From positions 112,778,001 to 112,842,000 of the forward strand of contig OX597821.1 of assembly GCA_951406725.2 (NCBI GenBank): a stretch of 64,000 nucleotides of DNA, given 5' to 3'. This stretch comes from Octopus vulgaris. Its lineage: Eukaryota. The position numbers and the translations under genes are program-made. Within the stretch, counting starts at the first letter, position 1. Each line of letters opens with the position of its first letter. Shown one piece after another: positions 56,736-64,000 of the stretch. Below the pieces are notes generated by a model, which did not search any database, had not been told where the DNA came from, and saw only the letters and a program-made list of their open reading frames with translations.

Positions 56736-57220
56736 AGCAATTTCTTTTATGTCTTTTCTTTTTCAAAGACAGCAACAAGAACAACAGCAACAGGATAATT
56801 AATAGCGTCACGTGAACATTGACTAACCTTCAATTATAACAAGATTTATTATATTTAGCTGTCTTTCTCCCAAGATGGACGTTGTTTACAGTAAACGTGG
56901 TGGTCGTGGTCGTGGTGGGGGCAGTAAATGGTGGGGGGGCGAAGGGGAGAGTGAGCGTACTCAATACGTTCGCAGGAATTTGTCTTCGATCAGTAGAACT
57001 TTTGGATGTGAGGGAGAATGCGGATGTTCGCGTGCGCGCGCGTGTGTGTGTGTATGTGCGTCTGTTTGCTTGTATGTGTGCGTGTGTGTGTGTGTGTGCG
57101 TTGGGGAGTGGATATGTGGGTGCGAGTGTGTGTGTGTGTAGTTTACGAGGTGCATGTGCGAATGTGGATGAGGCTATGGGAGTGTTTGTGGATGTATATA
57201 TATATGTGCATGTTTGTGTG

Positions 57221-57251
<31 letters not shown>

Positions 57252-57473
57252 ACGCTTATGTGTTTGCGATTGTGTTCTGTGTGTGTGTGTGTCTGTGTAT
57301 TTGTGTGCGCATGTGTGCGTGTGCATACGAGTGTGTGTGAGTGAGCGTTAAGGAGCGTATGTGTGTGTGTGCGTATGCGCGTGTTTGTGTGTGTTGTCCA
57401 CGCGCGCGCGTATGTGAGAGAGAGATAGAGATAGTTAGACAAACAGACAGACAGATAGTTAGATAAATAGATA

Positions 57474-57705
57474 TATTTCTCTACTACCCACAAGGGGCTA
57501 AACACAGAGGGGACAAACAAGGACAGACAAACGGATTAAGTTGATTACATCGACCCCAGTGCGTAACTGGTACTTAATTTATCGACCCCGAAAGGATGAA
57601 AGGCAAAGTCGACCTCGGCGGAATTTGAACTCAGAACGTAGGGCAGACGAAATACGGCTACGCATTTCGCGCGGCGTGCTACCGTTTCTGCCAGCTCGCC
57701 GCCTT
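57474..57705 (-). mobile_element. SINE family B monomer
   Basis: Reverse complement of 48078-48309. Confidence 0.92.
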
Positions 57706-57737
57706 GTAGATAGATAGATAGATAGATAGATAGTTAG

Positions 57738-57807
<70 letters not shown>

Positions 57808-57948
57808 TGCGTGAATCAGATACAGAATGAACAAATGGTTAAGAAGTTGTGTTCACAATCTTCAGGATGCGAATTCAGTCCCGCTGCACCAGCGGCACGT
57901 GTCTCGTTAATGCATACGCACATACATACATACATACATACATACACA

Positions 57949-57980
<32 letters not shown>

Positions 57981-57983
57981 TAT

Positions 57984-58145
57984 GCAGGAGTGGCTGTGTG
58001 GTAAGTAGCTTGTTTACCAACCACATGGTTCCGAGTTCAGTCCCACTGCGTGGCACCTTGGGCAAGTGTCTTCCACTATAGCCTCGGGCCGACCAAAGCC
58101 TTGTGAGTGGATTTGGTAGACGGAAACTGAAAGAAGCCCGTCGTA

Positions 58146-58189
<44 letters not shown>

Positions 58190-58409
58190 TGGGTGTGTTT
58201 GTGTATCTGTGTTTGTCCCCCTAGCATTGCTTGACAACCGATGCTGGTGTGTTTATGTCCCCGTCACTTAGCGGCTCGGCAAAACAGACCGATAGGATAA
58301 GTACTGGGCTTACAAAGAATAAGTCCCGGGGTCGAGTTGCTCGACTAAAGGCGGTGCTCCAGCATGGCCGCAGTCAAATGACTGAAACAAGTAAAAGAGT
58401 AAAAAAAGA

Positions 58410-58410
<1 letters not shown>
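57984..58410 (+). mobile_element. SINE family A, full length
   Basis: Collinear with 27102-27495. Confidence 0.92.
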
Positions 58411-58445
<35 letters not shown>

Positions 58446-58454
58446 TTTTATGTT

Positions 58455-58654
58455 ATTTCTTTCAGTCACTTGACTGCGGCCATGCTTTAGTTGAGCAAAA
58501 TCGACCGTAGGACGTATTCTTTGTAAGCCTAGTACTTATTCTGTCGGTCTATCTTGCTGAAACGCTAATGTGACGGGAACGTAAACACACGACCATCGGT
58601 TGTCAAGCGATGGTGAGGGGGACAAGCACAGACACAAATAACAAACACACACAC

Positions 58655-58726
<72 letters not shown>

Positions 58727-58878
58727 GACGGGCTTCTTTTAGTTTCCATCTATCAAATCCATTCAGAAGGTTTTGGTCGGCCCAAGGCTCCAAGGCTATA
58801 GTAGTGCCACGCAGTGGGACTGAACCCGGAACAATGTGTTTGGGAAGACAGCTTCTTACCACACAGCCACTCCTACAC
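58455..58878 (-). mobile_element. SINE family A, diverged
   Basis: Tail to head present with small deletions. Confidence 0.85.
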
Positions 58879-59219
58879 CTATATATATATTTATTTATTT
58901 ATTCATTTATTCATGTATATATAATCATCCCCTGCACATGTTCGGTCCACTGTTGCTCCAAGGCCTCACTCTTTATGTTCTCTCCACCATGGTTTTCTGA
59001 TGGTTTTCTCATCCATGCTTGGATGACGAAGAATTTAACAAATTTATCATTCCAACTTCTGCACGGGTTTCTTCCATCACGCCCTCTCTCTCCCTCTCTT
59101 TCTTTCTTTCTTCCTTTCTTTCTTTTTAAATATTAGTAAAGTATTATATATTTTTGAGCGTGCCTAAACGTGTTTTATTCCATGTCACTGGTCGGAATTC
59201 ACCAACAGTTCCAGTCCAT

Positions 59220-59400
59220 AATGTGATGTGAGGGCTTGTATGCCTCAGTGACCTTGAGAGCTAAGCCAGCGGACCGCAAACTCCTGATAGGGTTTTCGAT
59301 ACTGGACAGTTTGAATGGTAGAGACCAGACTAATAAAGACCACTTCTTTTCAGAGGTGAAAATGGGTTTGCCTGGAACCGACGCTCCTAAGTAGAAAATG
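59220..59400 (+). mobile_element. Possible RTE-clade LINE 5' UTR remnant
   Basis: gggcttgtatgcctcagtgaccttgagagctaagcc...ctcctgatagggt...gagaccagactaa resembles RTE 5' UTR architecture (recognition from memory, not aligned). Confidence 0.45.
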
Positions 59401-60017
59401 CAGAGTTACAGAATCATGAAGGACAATTCTAAACCGACAAGATCTAAAAGAAAAGAAAGCCCAAGATCTAAGAGAAGAGACGTCAATAGTCTGTGTTCCC
59501 TTGAGAGCAGAGAGTTTAAGTGAAGTGAAGTGCTAGTCAGAAGATAACGGTAAAGCGATCTGATATCTGACTGGTGGTCTGCAAGAATATAGAAACAGGC
59601 TGCCATTGTAGAAAAAACGTAAAAGATTAACTTTTCAAAAATATGTTTCTGAAAAAAAAAATCTGCTAAGTTTTACGAAGAAAGCCGAGACATTCAAAAC
59701 TCCAACAATTTCATTCTTTAGCAACGCAAAAGAAAAAAAAATGAAGAAAATTGGAAAAGAACACGAAGTATCGAAGTAAGTGATCAGAAAAATAAATTCA
59801 AATTAACTTTCGGATGCGAGTCGCGTCGTAATAAAAGTATTCGAAATAAAATATCTCCGATACAATAGAGTTTACTTGGTCGGGTAAAGGAACTTTGGTA
59901 ATGTACTCGATGAACGTGGGGAAAAAGTTTGATCAAAATCAGAGCAGTTTTAATTAAATATGAACATAAATGGTAATAATAATAATAATAATAATAACAA
60001 TAATAATGATAATGATG

Positions 60018-60051
<34 letters not shown>

Positions 60052-60119
60052 CTTAGATAAAACTTAGATATGTTTCGACCAGAGATTGGTCCAGGCCATG
60101 TCTAACTTAATAGCACCAC

Positions 60120-60169
<50 letters not shown>

Positions 60170-60489
60170 GATAATAATGATAATAATGATAATAATGATA
60201 ATAATGATGATGATGATGATGATAAAATGAATTGGCCACTCGAAAATTGAGACACTTCATGTAAAGATTGTTTTTTCTCACGTTTATTGAGTTCTTTGTT
60301 AAAAAGTTTTGCATGAAAAATGCCTGTCTATTGTTTCTGACAGACTTTTACATGTGCGTGAGTGAGAGAGAGAGACAGAGAGACAGAGAGTGTGTGTGTG
60401 TATGAGTAAAAAGTGTTAAAAACAATGGACAGTATTTTTCTTACAAAACTTCGTATATGTACGTATACGATACATGCATACATGTCTAC

Positions 60490-60563
<74 letters not shown>

Positions 60564-60615
60564 CATACATATGTACATACCTACATACATACATACATAT
60601 ATACATACATATATA

Positions 60616-60662
<47 letters not shown>

Positions 60663-60717
60663 TGTATGTACGTATGCAAATAATCGATGCAAATCGATAT
60701 GCATATATGTGTATATA

Positions 60718-61057
60718 GGCGCATGGCTCAGTGGTTAGAGCGTCGAGCTTACGATCGTGAGGTTGTGAGCTCGAATCCCGGACCGGGCTGCGTGTTGTGT
60801 TCTTGAGCAAGGCACTTTATTTCACGTTGCTCCAGTTCACTCAACTGTAGAAATGAGTTGCGACGTCACAGGTGCCAAGCTGTATCGGCCTTTGTCTTTC
60901 CCTTGGATAACACTGGTGGCGTGGAGAGGGGAGGCCGGTATGCATGGGCGACTGCTGGTCTCCCGTAAACAACCTTGCCCGGACTTGTGTCTAGGAGGGT
61001 AACTTTCTAGGTGCAATCCCATGGTCATTCATGACCGAAGGGGGTCTTTACCCTTTA
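60718..61057 (+). mobile_element. tRNA-derived SINE family C, full length
   Basis: ggcgcatggctcagtggttagagc (A box), gagctcgaatccc (B box), CORE-like tgtgttcttgagcaaggcacttt. Confidence 0.92.
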
Positions 61058-61189
61058 TATATACATATGCAACAGAAGCGGTATTAATACAGCAATCAAT
61101 TTTTATATCCATCTTAACGTGATTATTTGCATCGATGTGAGAAGTCCTCCGAGATGAATATCGCTATACAGGCATTCTAAAATATCCAT

Positions 61190-61246
<57 letters not shown>

Positions 61247-61459
61247 TTATTCCTGTCGAATTTTATCCCTAACTTTTGTGGTTATAGAACCTAGCTGTTC
61301 TTTCTAGCGTGTAGAATCCTTATAAGTGGATTCCTTATGTGTTTAACTATACACTATATCGTATGACTAATATATATAGTCTTTTTGACTAATTTTTTTT
61401 ACACGTTGAACCACTGGAAATGTAAATTTTAATTAATTTCCATTTCCCTTTGATATGAC

Positions 61460-61492
<33 letters not shown>

Positions 61493-61569
61493 TGTATGTA
61501 TGTATGTATGTATGTATGTATGTATGTATGTATGTATGTATGTATGTATGTATGTATGTATGTATATGA

Positions 61570-62385
61570 GATATGATCCCCGTGAAGCGCTATATGTCTC
61601 TCCAGGCCCGAAATCCCCTTACAGGCCATTTCACACACTGCGTACATCAAATCATCCATTGTAGGGGGAAGGACGTTGCATACCGTTAATCTGCCATAAA
61701 ACTTCAGATGGTTAACATACCCAGCCTTGAAAAAGAGTACACAGCCACACGTTTCACATCTCCAGCACTGTATGTTCTCGTTGAGGTTCTGATGACAACC
61801 CTTCTGAAACTAGCCTCTTAGGTTTACATGTTCAAGGCGACCCTCTTCAGATGTCTTACCACTTACCCTTGTACGTGGCCTCCACTCAACTGTTTTTAAA
61901 ACTAGTTATTCCTACAGTTCTATATTTAAGAGATGCATATGGCGTAGTGGCTAAGAACGTAGGCTACTAACCCCAAAGTTCCGAGTTCGATTCCAGGCAC
62001 TGACCTGAATAATAATAATGATAATAATAATAATAATAATGACATCCCCAAAATACCTTAGAAATGAGAACCCAGGTTTGAAATTTCCCCAAGATACCTG
62101 ATGAAGGCTGGAGGGTATATCAGCCGAAACGTTTTGTTAACAACAAACAAGATGAGGACAAATATTCGTCAAATGTAAATAATGTAAATAATGTAAATAA
62201 TGTAGTTCTTCCCAGTCTTTTAGATTTTGTTGTAATTCCTTTAGGTTGTCTTTTCTGCATTCTTTGTACATTCTTTTGTGGTTTGTGCTGAGGACGCTTT
62301 CCAATGCACGGCTGATCGAGGAACAGCTGCTGTGGAATCCTATTACCTTCCAGGCGCACAACACTGCCTGTCCAACGCATCTGAT
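61570..62385 (-). pseudogene. RTE-clade LINE C-terminal fragment interrupted by a SINE
   Basis: MRWTGSVVRLEGNRIPQQLF..GKRPQHKP..KDNLK..DWEEL, then WR..EEGRLEH, CGCVLFFKAGYVNHLK. Confidence 0.8.
61919..62204 (+). mobile_element. tRNA-headed SINE containing a hammerhead ribozyme motif
   Basis: A box tggcgtagtgg, B box gagttcgattcc, (AAT)n, CTGATGA-a-ggctg(gagggtatat)cagcc-GAAAC-GTT at 62098-62133, tail (aatgtaaat)n; approximate TSD tagtt(a/c)ttcc. Confidence 0.8.
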
Positions 62386-62525
62386 TACATACATATAAAC
62401 ATAGATACATACATACACACACATACACACGTATACACACACATGCATACATGCATACATACGCACACATATATATATATAAATACATATATATACGTAT
62501 ATACAGATATACCTATATTTCTACC

Positions 62526-62558
<33 letters not shown>

Positions 62559-62661
62559 TTTGTGTGTGTATACATGTATGTAAATGTGCATAATTAAAAG
62601 CATCATCACTATGTATGTATGTATTTTAATGTATATATATGTACGTGTGTATGTATATATG

Positions 62662-62719
<58 letters not shown>

Positions 62720-62758
62720 ATATGTGTGTAAGTATGTGTTATGTATATGTGTGTAAGT

Positions 62759-62793
<35 letters not shown>

Positions 62794-62817
62794 TATATAT
62801 GTATATGTATGTGTGAG

Positions 62818-62855
<38 letters not shown>

Positions 62856-63351
62856 AAGATAACGATTTAGACGCTTTAAAAAAACGACAACTTTAATTTT
62901 ATGAAAAAATATTGTATTTAAAAGTAGAATTAATGATTTTCTGCATAAGTTAAGTTAAGCTCGGATACTGAAGGAAAAAAAAAAAACATTATAAAAAAAG
63001 CCTTTCCCCCCAAAAAAACAAAACGTATTTGTGATCGGTGACACTACAAGGAACGTAAACGAGGTAAGCAAAATTTAATAGTTGCACAAATTCATTTAGA
63101 AAGAAACAATGCCGAGACACAGCAAAGCGTAACATTACCAACGGAACACAACATCCAAAACAAACTGAAACGGAGCTCGTTAAAGAAACAACCTCCATTA
63201 CGCTGATGGACCATAAAAAACAATTTCCACAACTCAACTCGTTCGCAGACTTATTAATTCTGTAAAAAAAAAAAAAAAAAGCAATTTTGGTTTTCGTCAG
63301 TAAAGCAAACGTGGCGATAAAATAAAAATTAAAAAAACATACACACACATA

Positions 63352-63352
63352 T

Positions 63353-63429
<77 letters not shown>

Positions 63430-63786
63430 GGTGGTGGTGGTAGTAGTAGTAGTACTAGTAGTGGTGGTGATGGTCGTGGTGGTGGCGGCGGCGGCGGTGG
63501 CAGTGGTGGCGGTGGTAGTAGTAGAAGTAGCAGTAGTAGTAGTAACAACAACAACAACAACAGCAACAGCAACAATAATAATGATGATGATAAGAAGAAG
63601 CAGAAGATGAAGAAGCAGAAGATGAAGAAGAAGAAGAAGAAGACGACGACGACGACGACGAAGAAGAAGAAGAAGAAGAAGAAGAAGAAGAAGAAGAAGA
63701 AGAAGAAGAAGAAGAAGAAGAAGAAGAAGAAGAAGAAGAAGAAGAAGAAGAAGAAGAATGATGATAATAATAATAATAATAATAAT
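63352..63786. repeat. Compound trinucleotide microsatellite
   Basis: Successive GTA, GTG, GCG, ACA, ATG, AAG, ACG, AAG, AAT runs. Confidence 0.97.
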
Positions 63787-64000
63787 CTACGCGTTTTAAT
63801 GTATAGAACAACGGTTATCTTGTGCTTCAATGATGTCGCCCACAAATATAAATGCAGATTTATTCCATTTTTGCCTCATTGACTATTAACACATCAATGA
63901 GGAGCGGATTACGCCAAAATGCAATAAAATTCACTAAAAAATTCACGACCACAACACGTACATCTACATGGATCACACAATATCCGTGTATAATATCCTT

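Noticed and set aside
56821-56955. Candidate plus-strand exon (gactaac branch, ttctcccaag acceptor, RGG-rich peptide)
   Set aside because: Low-complexity GT-rich sequence with no partner exons; such signals arise by chance.
60718-60790. Functional tRNA genes at SINE heads
   Set aside because: A/B boxes are present but there is no complete cloverleaf or terminator, and they continue into SINE bodies.
61250-61305. Hammerhead-like CTGTCGA...GAACC-tagct-GTT
   Set aside because: Core is doubly mutated and no helix I is present.

Overview
AT-rich, repeat-saturated eukaryotic non-coding DNA. It is most likely from an octopus (coleoid cephalopod); this is inferred from the SINE families and microsatellite load. 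No host protein-coding gene can be supported, and nearly all ORFs in the supplied track are translations of (TA)n, (CA)n, (CATA)n, (GATA)n or trinucleotide tracts. The real content is transposon-derived. There are at least five tRNA-headed SINE families (dozens of copies), decayed DNA transposons (DD34D mariner, DD37D maT, Tigger/pogo, several MITEs including one with internal TTAGGG repeats) and non-LTR fragments (R4/Dong, RTE with C2H2 fingers, CR1/L2-group). A Penelope-like GIY-YIG element with a 5' inversion is also present. Three signals stand out. (1) About ten minimal or degenerate hammerhead-ribozyme motifs, one of them inside a tRNA-derived SINE. (2) A SINE that forms head-less 183-bp concatemers with a fixed junction, including a trimer inside a single target-site duplication. 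(3) A double stem-loop 3' end shared by a LINE, a SINE and a third short element.
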